Below, piece after piece: positions 23,043 through 51,800 of a stretch of DNA of 64,000 nucleotides. Source of the stretch: Gekko japonicus (taxonomy: Eukaryota). The position numbers and the translations under genes were made by a program. The DNA lies in contig NW_015165833.1 in NCBI RefSeq assembly GCF_001447785.1, positions 196,837 through 260,836 on the forward strand, in the 5' to 3' direction. Each line of letters starts with the position of its first letter. Position 1 is the first letter of the stretch. The notes below the pieces were generated by a model that saw only the letters and a list, made by a program, of their open reading frames with translations, was not told where the DNA came from and did no database searches.

Positions 23043-23290
23043 AGGTCATGGACGTGCCCGGTTATAGATTGCTGCAATGATAACATTTTATACATTCCAA
23101 GTATTAGAACTGATAGAACATTAATACCTCTTCATGCGAATACAAGCATGTTTTCTCGAATACAGGTCCAGTATGACATACTGCTTTCGCAACTACTTGC
23201 AGGCTCATGTGATAAAGCAGTCTAGTCTGTGTATTGCTGCCTCCTTGGTTAACTGCTTGTAAACTTAAATCAGTAAATTTTTGTAATGAC

Positions 23291-23296
23291 ATTAAA
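23291..23296 (+). terminator. Probable INPP5B polyadenylation signal ATTAAA
   Basis: Hexamer ~250 nt after stop followed by U-rich sequence. Confidence 0.5.
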
Positions 23297-23516
23297 GGTA
23301 CAATTTTTCTTAAGTATACATGTAACTGGTTATTAACTTTATGCTCTTTCTGTCAGCCCCGTAGTCAATGGGGCATATTCTTCATCTGTTGTGGCTCACC
23401 CTTGCATACCCGCTATGTAGCAGCAGGGATGCCGAAGCTGAGGGAGACAATTTTAGGAGAGTAGCTGCCTTGGTGTGCAGTAGAAGAGCTAGATTGAAGT
23501 CCACTAGCACCTTAGA

Positions 23517-23804
23517 CAGGGCCGCGGTGGCTCAGAGGTTAAGATGCTGAGCTGCAGACCGGAAAGTCTGTAGTTCGGCAGTTCGAGACCGTCTCTGGCC
23601 CCAGCTCCTGCCAATCTAGCAGTTCGAAAGCAAGAAATTGCAAGTAGATAAATAGGTGCACCTCAGTGTTTAGTCATGTCAGCCACATGACCACGGAAAC
23701 GTCTTCGGACAGCGTTGGCTCTTTGGCTTTGAAACAAAGATGAGCACCGCCCCCCCCTAGAGTCGGATTCGGCTGGCTTTCGAGCAAGGGAAACCTTTAC
23801 CTTT
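23517..23804 (+). mobile_element. Sauria SINE inserted in a Penelope-like fragment
   Basis: tRNA head, CTAGCAGTTCGAAAGCA...GTAGATAAATAGGT body, (ACCTTT)n tail, TSD ACTAGC(A/C)CCTTAGA. Confidence 0.82.
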
Positions 23805-23919
23805 ACTAGCCCCTTAGATAGCAACAAGATTTCCAGGCTTTGCCTGATGAAAACTCCTCTTTTTTTTGGCTCCGGAGGGCTTTAGACACGGAAGGATATT
23901 TGGGAAGCTAACAGAAAGA

Positions 23920-24130
23920 GCCGCCCTGACCTGGATAGCCAGGCTAGCCTGATCTTGTCAGATCCTCAGAAGCTAAGCAGGGCCAACTCTGGTTAGTACT
24001 TGGATGGGAGACCACCAAGGATCTTGACATGAAGGCAATAATGGCAAACCACCTCTTAACGTCTCTTCTCCTGAAAACCCCACGGGGTTGCCATAAGTCA
24101 GCTGTGACTCAATGGCACTTCCACCACCAA
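23920..24130 (+). mobile_element. 5S rRNA-headed SINE copy
   Basis: GAAGCTAAGCAGGG...CTGGTTAGTACTTGGATGGGAGACC, tail ending (CCA)n. Confidence 0.78.
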
Positions 24131-24360
24131 CACGGAGAGCATCTCTCTTGCTACTTGTTTCCCTATGGCTCCTCTGCCCCACACTTTCACTGAGTGGCAC
24201 ATTGAGCCACAGACTTCAGACCAAGAACTAAATGCCACACAGCTTGAAAGAAGGGCAGAAGAAGTGACATAACATGGCTTGCCATTACAGCCTTTCAGAG
24301 CCAGAGGTTCCATTGCTCCAAAATGCCACCCCTCCCCCCACATGACAGTACAGATTGATC

Positions 24361-24540
24361 AAGATGGGTAGCCGTGTTTGTCTGTAGCAGTAGAAAAAAG
24401 GAAGAGCCCAGTAGCACCTTAAAGACTAACGAAATTTGTGACAGGGTATGAGCTTTTGTGAGTCACTGCTCACTTCTTCAGATACAGTTCATACACATAT
24501 TTTGTTAGTCTTTAAGGTGTTACTGGACTCTTTTTCTACT
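24361..24540. mobile_element. Fold-back Penelope-derived element
   Basis: Same family as 14179; minus-strand hammerhead 24446-24485 with GAAA>AAAA. Confidence 0.72.
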
Positions 24541-24899
24541 ATTACAGTATAGAGCTTAGCAGAAATAGCCAATGACTTGTATGAGAAGCCAGCTTAGTGT
24601 GTTTGTTGTGTATCTCCAAGTCACTACTTATGGCGATCCTATGAATGAATTACCTCTTTGAAACGTCCTATCGTTGGCAGTCTTGTTCAGGTTTTGCAAA
24701 GTGACGGCCATGGCTTCCTTTATTGAGTCAATTCATCTCATGTTGGGTCTTCTTCTTGGACTACTGTCTTAGAGAGCCTGTTTTTGCATCCACCTGCAGA
24801 GCGACCCAGCATTTGAGTTGTGCGTAAGGAATACGGCAGGCGTGAGGAAGGGATGACACGCATTTGATGACTGTATTCCCGTGACTGCACAAGCCAGGG

Positions 24900-25610
24900 A
24901 GGGGCAGAAACAGTGCCTCCGGCGGCCCAGGCTTCTCTTCTGGGTCTGAGTTCCCTCTGGAAAGCCTGGAAGGAGCGAGGCTCAAGCCGGCGCCACCAAA
25001 ACAGCCCCTCACGGTTGGCACGGCGGAGCTCCAGCCTCGCGCCTTACCCCTAGCGTTGTGACACGCGCCATCGAGCAGGAGCTGCGCGCGCAGGGGGAGA
25101 CCCGGCAGAGGTGCCGCTCTAGCCCGCCACCTTCCAGTGACCGGAAGTGAGGTCTTGGCGTGCCCCGCCTAGGCGGAAGCGGAAGCGTCGATGTCCGAGG
25201 AAGCCCCCGGCGGACCGAGTCGGAGCCAGGGCTGCGCGGGGCCTGCCGGCGGGTGCCATGGCACCGACGCGGGCGGGAGTCGGCTTGGCCTTACTAGGAG
25301 CCGGTGAGGCAGCTGCGTAGGGAGGGAGGGTCTTTTGCGCTCTGTAGTGGGGGGTGGCGGTGGCGACGGTGAGAGGAGGGACAGGTAGGAGCGGGTCCTT
25401 CCCTCCCCCACACGGCGGGGCTCCCCCTCGCAACGCCGGCCGAACTGTCGGCAGGCCTGGGCACAGCAAAGACAGGCAGTCGTGTGGAGGCGGCGCTCGG
25501 CCTGTGCTTGCCCACAGCCCCGCGCGAGGACTCCGCTTTCCTCCTGCACGGGCCAAGCTGGGTCGCCCCGTGCGCCGCTGTCTCCTGACAGGCCGACCCT
25601 AGCTTCGACG
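24900..25610 (+). promoter_or_regulatory. MTF1: MTF1 CpG-island promoter and non-coding exon 1 (donor 25303/25304)
   Basis: CpG-dense; ETS motifs CCGGAAGT (25141) and tandem GCGGAAGCGGAAG (25173); ccg|GTGAGG donor; TSS not determinable. Confidence 0.8.
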
Positions 25611-26077
25611 TCTTTGAAATAAACTTTCCAGCTTATTTTGAGTTGTGTCTGTTCTTGTGTTTTTAATTGCATTGCAAGTCACTTTGAGAGCCTTTGGCGG
25701 AAAAATGCTTTAAGCGAGTATGCTTTATTGTGGACACTTCCTGGATGCAAGGTTGGGCCTGCACACTGAATGCTACTGGAAGCAAGTTTGGGTTGTGATT
25801 ATTCTATTAGAATTTATTGTTATTTATAAGCCACTTTTTTTTGCAAAGCAGATATACTAATAAAAATGAATAAAGCACCACCCAAATGAGTTAAAGTATA
25901 ACAATATGAGGTAACATCCAAGAAAAATAAAGCAGCACACTAAATTGTCAGAAGATTGGATTTCTTGGTTTGTGGTGAAGCACTGCTTAGACTGTCATCA
26001 TTGTCTTTTGTATTATTCTGCTTAAGGTAAGCTGTTGCTTATTTATCCTGCGACCCTACCTTGAATTCCTCTGAACC

Positions 26078-43712
<17,635 letters not shown>

Positions 43713-45188
43713 CGCCCTCCTGATCCCGAGGAGAAGGTTCAGCAAGAGCCTGCTGTGCTCCCTGGCCATTGAGTCCTGTTCTTAGGAGAAGAGGCCTGTC
43801 TGGAGGAAAAAGGCAAAGATGCGTCGGAACCGCTGGGCCACTATCTCTGTCGTGCCCCCTTCAGCTCCCTGTGAATGAACGGGGGAATCGGAGTCGTGTG
43901 GAAAGGACTGTTTGGGCTGGCGCTGCCTATTTGCACATAGCTTGGTGGAGGCTGGGGAATGGTGCGGGCAGCAGGTCGAAGTCCTTGTTACAGTCTTCAG
44001 CAGAGTGTGCACTATTATGGGGGGGGTGAGGGGAACGGCGAGACGGGCTTCCATTCGAGAGGCAACTGCACTTTTCAAGATGGTGTCACCAACTTTCAGG
44101 GCCAGGGAGGAAGCGAGCTCACACTCCTTCCCAAAGGAGTTTTCCTCCCTGCTTGGAAGATCTAGAAGTCTAAGCGAGGCACATCTCCTCAGAGTTTGCA
44201 CTGGAGTAAAACACTCTGTAGAGGCAGCCAGGTCTTCAGACTCACTCTCTCTTTCTCTCTCTCTCTTTCCTGCTTGGTAGTTGAGTGCCACTCTCAGGAG
44301 CAGCGGCCTGGGTGTTTACACAGACATTGGTGGCTCATTTGCACTGTTTCAGCTTTACCAGAACCACTTGCCCAAGCACAGTCGCTTTGCAGTGTAGCAA
44401 ACACAGCCATAGGCGCTTGGCAGGTTTCTTTCTGTAGGTGTGCAGCTTTGACTGTGGAAGCCTATCTGTCCTACAGGTAGATGTTGCTCTTGCCACATAG
44501 GAATTGCCCAGCCAGTTGGGGAAAAGCCCTCTTAGACGATGCTGCCCAGCCCTTGGGCAAGTGAATGCCAGTCTCTCTCCAGGGAGGAGTAGGTATTGAC
44601 AGCTTCCCACTTGCTTCCTCTAGGCTGTCAGGCAGTTCCATGCCTGCTCAGTTCTGCCCTCCGCATGCTGCTATGGAAATTGCATCCACCTTTCCTTCTA
44701 ACTTTACTCAGGGTAAAATTGTAACACAGATTCCCTTCACACCAAAGCCTGTAGTGCTCTGGGAAGCATCCTCTCCTTTTCTAGCATTCGAATATCCAGT
44801 CACTAATTAGGAAGTAGGTGCTGTTTTGAGGGCTCTGCCCAACTGCGTCTGGGTTTGTGGCTAGTCCTTTTCTCTTCTAGGCACTTCATTTTGCATGCAG
44901 AATAGTTTGACAGAAGGTGGCTATTGGGCAGTTTCTTGTCTACTGAGGGCCAAATAACATCGACTGCTCCAGGAAGCTGGGGGCAGACTTAAGCTTTCTC
45001 TGGAATTTGCCCTGGTGTAGAAAAGATGAGGCTAGTGACCCCCACCCCTAGCAGCCTGGAGTGGGTGGTTTCCAGTGAACCTCATTACAGCCAGCCATTA
45101 AGAAGGGTCTTAAGTATTTTGGTAGATCTGAGACAACCTTGGGGAGGGGAAGAGATTGTCTGCACTAGAAGAGTGGATTCTGGCTCTT

Positions 45189-45489
45189 GGAGTGCTTTCA
45201 CACACTGTAAATAATGCACTTTCAATCCACTTTACGTGCACTTTGCAACTAGTTTTCACAATGTGAAATTGCAAAATCTACTTGCCAACAGTTGCTAAAG
45301 TGCATTGAAAATTGAAAGTGCCCTCTAGGGTGCTTTCACACATGCTGAAAAATGCACTTTCACTTGACTTTTCATGCACTTTAGCGATAATTTGCAAGTG
45401 GGTTTTGCTGTTTCACACAGTGAAATCCAGTTGCAAAGTGCTTTGAAAGTGGATCGAATGTGCATTATTCAGCATGTGTGAAAGTGCCC
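45189..45489. mobile_element. Inverted pair of MITEs in the MTF1 3'UTR
   Basis: ~30-bp TIR GGGTGCTTTCACACATGCTGAA.../...TTCAGCATGTGTGAAAGTGCCC (45328-45489); 45189-45323 is a reverse-oriented copy. Confidence 0.8.
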
Positions 45490-48451
45490 AGTTTTTAGTG
45501 TAGGAAGGGGCAGCCTGGGTTGCACAGAGTTGTCTCGAAGCATTACCTAATTTAAACTAGATTATAGCACAGTAGAGAGCAGAGAGGGCAGTCCTTGGCC
45601 TGGAAATGGTTGTGCTGTATTGTTTGCCTTGGAGTCCCACACAACACAGCACAGAGGCGGAGCTCTTTTTCTCTGGCCTTGCTGCAATCTGCTGTTGATT
45701 TCTCAAAAGGCCTCCTTGGTCCTCCAACTGCAGCAGACCTGGGTTCAACCTTTCAGCTGCCCCCTTGGTACAACCTAGAAAGTTGCTAGCTATACTGCCT
45801 CCTTTGGCAGTTAGTCAGAGGCTTATGGCAGTAGACATTCACAAGCAGGCTCTGCATTGCTGCTGCTGCTGTCCTTGGTTCCCTTCAGCGGTGGAAAGCA
45901 GAGCAGCTGTTGAGAAGGTTCCTTTTTGGGGGGTATTCTCTCTTCTGCTCCTTTAATTTTATTTATTATTAAACTGAACTGAACCCATCACTTTGAGAAT
46001 CGCCATCTCCTTCCCATGAGTGGGTGAGGCTCGGTGTGCCTGGAGGGCTTCTTGGTTGGACACAGGGAGAGGCCCCCATGCTGGGCTGTCAGGGATTGGG
46101 CTTTCCACAAGGACACCACCTTTTTGTTGGTTTTGTCTGTGTTTGGAACAGCTGTTGGGGGCCCTCTAATGAGCCTGGATGCTGCTGCCACCTGACTGAC
46201 CTTGCTGCTCTGCTGGGTGCCCTGGGCTGGGTGATTTGGTTGTGCTAAGAACCCAGGGCAAGAATAGCATCATGCTGGGGGACTGAAGGGAATGTTTTTG
46301 GAATCTGCTGCATTTGCTGGAAGCTGCTAATGGGAGTCTAGAGAAGGAGAGTTACTTTGCTAGGGCTGCTCCATTTACACGGACATGCTGGGCTATATAA
46401 TGCACTTTAGTTCTCTTTAAAACCGACTGCTGCAATTTTCATTTGTAAATATTTTTCAGAAATTTTTTTTCTCTCCTGTCTCCATTTTTTCGGTCTGACT
46501 TTAATGTGGTTGTGCAAAAAGAAGAGCACTTAACCTCCGTGCAATACGTGTATCTAGAAGCGGCATTCACATGCACTCCGGGTGTTTGTGTGACTGCAGA
46601 TGTGTGAGATGGATAGAATTGGTGTAGGAATCAGCTCAGTGATGGGTGCTCTGCCCCCTTCTGATTTATGCATTCTTAAGCAAATGTCCAGTCTATGCAA
46701 AAAAAAAAAAAGGGGGGGGGGAGATTCAACTGTATAGAATCAGACTTGAGTCACTCGCATTTTCTGAGGTGACTCTGGCCACCGTTGAGATACAGACTCT
46801 AGTTTGATACATCTGCCTTCCTCCTTTAAAAGCCTCCCAGAGAGGAAGGGGCCAGAGGGGAAAGGAAGAAGGCTGTCTTTTATTGGATTTGTAGCACCTT
46901 CTGCTCTTCTGTCATATTCTGGCTTTATTTCACTGTAAGGGATTCTCCATCCAAAGTGACGAAATCCTTCAAAGAGTTTGCAGTCTCTTCTGGCGCCTTC
47001 TCACAAACATGCCAGAGGTTGATCCGTAAGGGACCTAAAGGAACCCAACAAAAGGAGTTTCATTTGACAGACATAGAGGAGATGCCAGCCATTTCACTGA
47101 ACAGCTCCCTCTTCTTTGCAACCCCCCCCCCCCCAACCACCACCACCAAAGCTTCTTGGTGATTGGGTTAATTGGGCTAGGAAGAAGAACTGTGGATCAC
47201 AGGTGTTTAATGGGCATTTTTGGTATCCTCTTTTGCAAGTGGTCTCTCCAGATTTTTCACAAGCATCCTCTGTAGTTGGGGACAGGGCTAACCTTTAAAC
47301 TTTTGCAGCTTGTTCTGCTGTTTCTTTCTAGGGTTTGGGCTCTGGTTCTGCATTGCCTAATGCCAAGCAAACTGGATAGTTACACATGGGTCCATGTGTG
47401 CTCATTTGTGGAAACTATTTTAGTGGTGTGCACACTGGCCAAAAAAAAGAAAGGTTTCTATGCAGGAGACGCTTTCAAATTTCTACCCTCCCCTTTGTTT
47501 TGCTATTTTCTCCCTTCAGTCTTCCCCACTAAAGCCCCAGGGGAGGTCTTCAGATGGGAGGACAGGGCTGTCTATTAACAGAAAAGGCTCCATTCTTTGC
47601 CATGCCCCGTTGTCTCTTCCCATCCACTGAGATACTGAAGCTTTTTATGCAGGGAAAGAGGAGCTTCTGTTCTCTCCATCGCTGGCTAGAAAAGCTGGGA
47701 GAGTGGGGCTAAGGCTTGATGCGGTGCCTTAAGGGGATTTTGGCTTTCCCTTTTGCATAGCTTGGGGCATATAAGAGAGAGAGGTTGCCTTGCCCTTAGA
47801 AGACAGTCATGGAAATTTGCCTGTTCTCACTGTGCAGGGAGATGACAAGCTGTTATCCCCCACCCTGGAAGTGTGAGATGGAGGGCAAAATTGGGGAAGA
47901 AGACCCCTTATTGCTGTCGCACTAGAGGGGGGACTGGGGACCCCCCCCAGGCCTGTCAGATACCTTGCAAGGGGACTTTGGTTGCACCCATTTCCAGCCT
48001 GGATCTGAACAGGTGACCTGCAGACCCAGCACATCTCTGGCTCCCTCCCTGACAAAGAGGCCCAGAATTTAGTCTCCTGCTGCCTGCATCTCCAGACAGA
48101 CACTAGAAATGGAGATGATTTGAGGTCAGCTTCTCTCAGGAGTTGTGTGTATTGTGTTTAAACAAACTTAATTTAACTCTGAACATGGGAACAAATGTCC
48201 TTGCATTGAGTGATGTGAAGATGTTAGTTACAGGTACAGTACTTCCAAAGGAAGAGTCTCTCCCAACCCCCCCAACCCCAAGTGTAAACATGAATTTGTA
48301 TTTTTGAAGAATGTAAAATGTGAAATAACAGTGTTTGCTTAAAACGACTCGATTTTGTATAAAACATTAATATTGTACTTTGCAATACCTGCAAGGAAGT
48401 GAAAATTAATTTTTTTTAATTGAAAGCAATATTAATACGAATGGAATCCTA

Positions 48452-48457
48452 ATTAAA
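48452..48457 (+). terminator. Probable MTF1 distal polyadenylation signal ATTAAA
   Basis: Hexamer at the end of an AU-rich block with upstream TGTA motifs, directly before the YRDC CpG island. Confidence 0.6.
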
Positions 48458-48479
48458 CGCTTATTTAAACCTGGTAGCT

Positions 48480-48671
48480 TCGGGGAAGTTATTTCTGGCT
48501 AAACGGGGGTTGGTGGGTCGAGCGAGTGCGCGCAACTCAAAACCGCCCGGCTGGCAGTGAGGGGGCTCTTTCTGCGCCTGCTCAGAGCATGCTGAAGGCA
48601 GCGCGCTAGGCCTGTGCCTATTGTTGGTTCTGCCGGAAGTGTATGTTTACGGCACCGGAAGAGGTGTTCGT
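48480..48671 (+). promoter_or_regulatory. YRDC: YRDC CpG-island promoter
   Basis: CpG-rich from ~48480 to ~49130; ETS motifs CCGGAAGT (48633) and CCGGAAG (48655). Confidence 0.75.
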
Positions 48672-48801
48672 ATGCTGGGCAGCGTGAGGCGCCGGGGTCT
48701 GCGGGCGGTGGCAGGTGCGCTGAGCGGTGCAGGGGCCGCCCGGGGCGGCTCCGCAGCAGCCGTCATTCCCCTTCTTCCGCTGGCCGGGCCGAGCGCGGAA
48801 G
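48672..48801 (+). CDS. YRDC: YRDC exon 1 (MLGSVRRRGLRAVAG..., targeting-peptide-like)
   Basis: ATG 48672, donor GTTGGT gives the phase needed by the next exon. Confidence 0.7.
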
Positions 48802-51800
48802 GTTGGTGAGAGACACGCGGGCGGGCTCCCTGCTCCCTTTCGGCGGGGGGCGGAGGATCGGCATCCGACCGGCGCCCTCTTGCTCTCTCTCTCGTTCTGT
48901 CTCTGCCAGGCCGGGAGCGCGCCCTGTCTTCCGCTGTCGTCGCCTTGCGCGAGGGGGGCCTGGTGGCCGTGCCCACCGACACCGTCTATGGCGTTGCCTG
49001 CCTAGCGCAGGACTCGCGAGCCCTGCGGGCCGTCTACCGGCTGAAGGGACGCGACGGCGCCAAGCCGCTGGCCATCTGCCTCGCCGACGTGGGTCAGGTG
49101 CACAGGTGGGGACGGGCGTCCTCCCGCAGCTGGGGTTACCAACTCCTGGGAGGCTTTGGGAGGGGGAGGAGCTCATCAGGGATGTCATGTCTGGGAATCC
49201 TGCTTCTAAAGCTGCCCTTGCCTTCAAAAAAAAAACTGATCCTTGTAGACTGGAGATCATCACTCATAATTAGGGAGATCTCAAAGACAAATCTGCAAGT
49301 TGATATCGCTTCCAACATTTCCTCCCCCTCTTATTGTCTGGCTGCTGACTGACCCCTTCATCCTTCCTACTTTTCTCCCTGGCAGATACTGTAAGGTGGC
49401 TGTGCCTGATCAGCTCCTTCATGATCTCTTGCCGGGGCCCGTCACGCTGGTCCTAGAGCGCTCTCAGACCCTCAACCCAGATCTCAATCCCTTCACGCCT
49501 GTGAGTCTCATTTTGCTGGGTGGTGGTGGGGTCTGCCTTTCAGATCTGGCCAACCCAACTGATAATTGACATTTGGGACCACAAAGCCAGTTTACCCACT
49601 TGCCGGGGTGGGGCAGTGGGAGGTGATTGCTGTGAAAGCTCTTGGCAGTCTTGGCTGTGAATGCGCCTTTCTTCTTCCTTCACAGCTGGTTGGTGTCCGC
49701 GTCCCCAGTCACTGGTTCGTTAGGGAACTGGCCAGGGTGTGTGCCGCCCCCTTGGCCTTAACAAGTGCAAACATCAGTGCCCAGGCAAGCAGCTTGTCAG
49801 TCACGGTAAGGGCCCTCTGAACTACTAGGTATGGGCTGAAGGTGGAAAGAAAGAGAGAAGACCTGGAGAAGACAGAGGGGAAATTCTCAGGAGAACATTT
49901 AAAAAACCTCAAACATACTTGTTTTGGGGGGTTTTGGAATCAGTGAAGAGCTTCTCCTTAATGTGTAGGGTAAAGAACTGTGGTGGCTCAAGTGGTTAAG
50001 ACGCTGAACTGCAGGCTGTGGAAGGTCAGTAGTTCAGCAGTTCAAGACCCGGGTGCCGCAAGACGGGGTGAGCTCCTGTCTCTAGTTCCAGCTCCTGCCA
50101 ACCTAGCAGTTCGAAAGCAAGAAATTGCAAGTAGATAAATAGGTACCACTTCAGTGGGAAGGTAACAGCATTCCGTGCGCCTTGGTGTTTAGTCATGCTG
50201 GCCACATGACCACGGAAACGTCTTCGGACAGCGCTGGCTCTTCGGCTTTGAAACGGAGATGAGCACCGCAACCCTAGAGTCGGATTCGACTGGCTTTCGA
50301 GCAAGGGAATCTTTACCTTTTTAAAGAACTATACCAACATGCAGCACTAAGGAACATTAATTCCTGTGTGTATTATAGACACGATATATTTACAACACAT
50401 ATTGGCCCCATTCACATGGAGCATGATAGGCGGATTTTCCGGGCGCGATCACACCGCAACATCTGGGAAGTGTAGTGTACCTGTAGCTAACCCGTGGCTT
50501 CTTGCTGAAGATACGGAGTAAAAAACTAGTACATACGATGTGCTAGTTTCTGGAAAACGCGGGGCAAGGGCGGGCGTCTTATCGCGTTTCTGCTGGAATC
50601 CTGTGGCATCCGGTGCCCGCCCATGTCCCGTCACAAACCGGATGTTTGGGGGGTTTTTTAAGTCTCCACAGGATGCGCACAAATGCCCACCGGCACATGT
50701 GCACACTGTGATGAGGGGGAAAAATTCCTGTTTGCCACAGAAGTGGCGCCTAGCGATTGCCAGTGTGATCGCGCCGCGCCGCTTCTTTGCCGTGCTTCAG
50801 GATAGCCATGTGATCGGCACCTAACGGCATACCCATGGGACCTCCACGGGACATGTGATCGGGCTGCCGCACATTACTTTGCTCCGGGGCAAACAGCAAC
50901 GCTTCCCCCCCTTCCCCCCCCCCCCCGCATTTTCCGGCCCGTGTAACCAGGACCATTGTTTAATTGTGACTGATTTTGCCTGGAATTCTGTCCATTACTC
51001 ATTTTCCTTTTCTAAGAAATTAGTTTTTCAGATTCTGTTTTTTCATACTAGTTAGAAATTAAACATGTGCAGTATGCACCCAGTTTATCTCCACTGTTAA
51101 TAATTTTGGTCGTGGAAAACTTATATTCTCAAGGAAATGGCTAAACAGTTCAGTTTTATATATGAAGTATGTTGTGTTAAAGCAGTATAGTAAATATAGG
51201 TTTGATAAAGTCAGTATTGCATGTGTTTCAACTTTTTTTGGTAAACATGGCTTCAAAAATTCCCCAAAATGTTGTCTCTCTAGGTGCAGTGTGGATCTCT
51301 CTTCAGTCCCATAGTGAGCCACTGAGAAGGGCAACTGTTCCCATTTAACCCTTGCAGCAAAATTGCTTTGCTGCAATAAAACTATTTTTGTCATTCAGTA
51401 GCTTTGGATGGATGCTCTTCCAAATTAATATTTCTGTTTCTTTTGTCATTTCTTTGTCCTTCTCAACCTGTACGTTGAATGATTCTGCCCTTCTTCCTTC
51501 CAGGAATTCCAAGAGCTTTGGCCTCATCTAGCACTGGTGGTAGATGGAGGCCCGATTGGGGACCTACAGAGGCCAGAGTGCCGTCTGGGCTCCACAGTGG
51601 TTGACATCTCTGTCCCTGGCAAGTTCAAGGTCATTCGTCCAGGCTGGTAAGGCCTCCCAGAACTTGTGGTCATGCATTGCCTTTTGGAGCAGAGATCAAA
51701 AAAAAATAGTGCAGTTATTTTTCCCAGTGAATTTTTTTTTCTTTGCTTCATCTTTGGGGTGGCCCTTTTCTCCTGTATTGACTTTTGAAGACCTTAAGGA

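Larger units (their letters stand above)
43713..48475 (+). other. MTF1: Inferred long MTF1 3'UTR
   Basis: Repeat-poor, AU-rich blocks, ends in AU-rich stretch with ATTAAA at 48452. Confidence 0.65.

Noticed and set aside
23945-24015. 5S rRNA gene
   Set aside because: Lacks the 5S 5' and 3' ends, is fused to a retroposon tail and is dispersed as diverged copies.
24446-24485. Active hammerhead
   Set aside because: GAAA>AAAA removes catalytic G12; copies near 12240, 20290, 27870 and 32330 are also degenerate.
48614-49273. Long overlapping ORFs in CpG islands (also 25119-25672 and 56328-56966)
   Set aside because: GC-rich stop-codon depletion with no recognisable protein.
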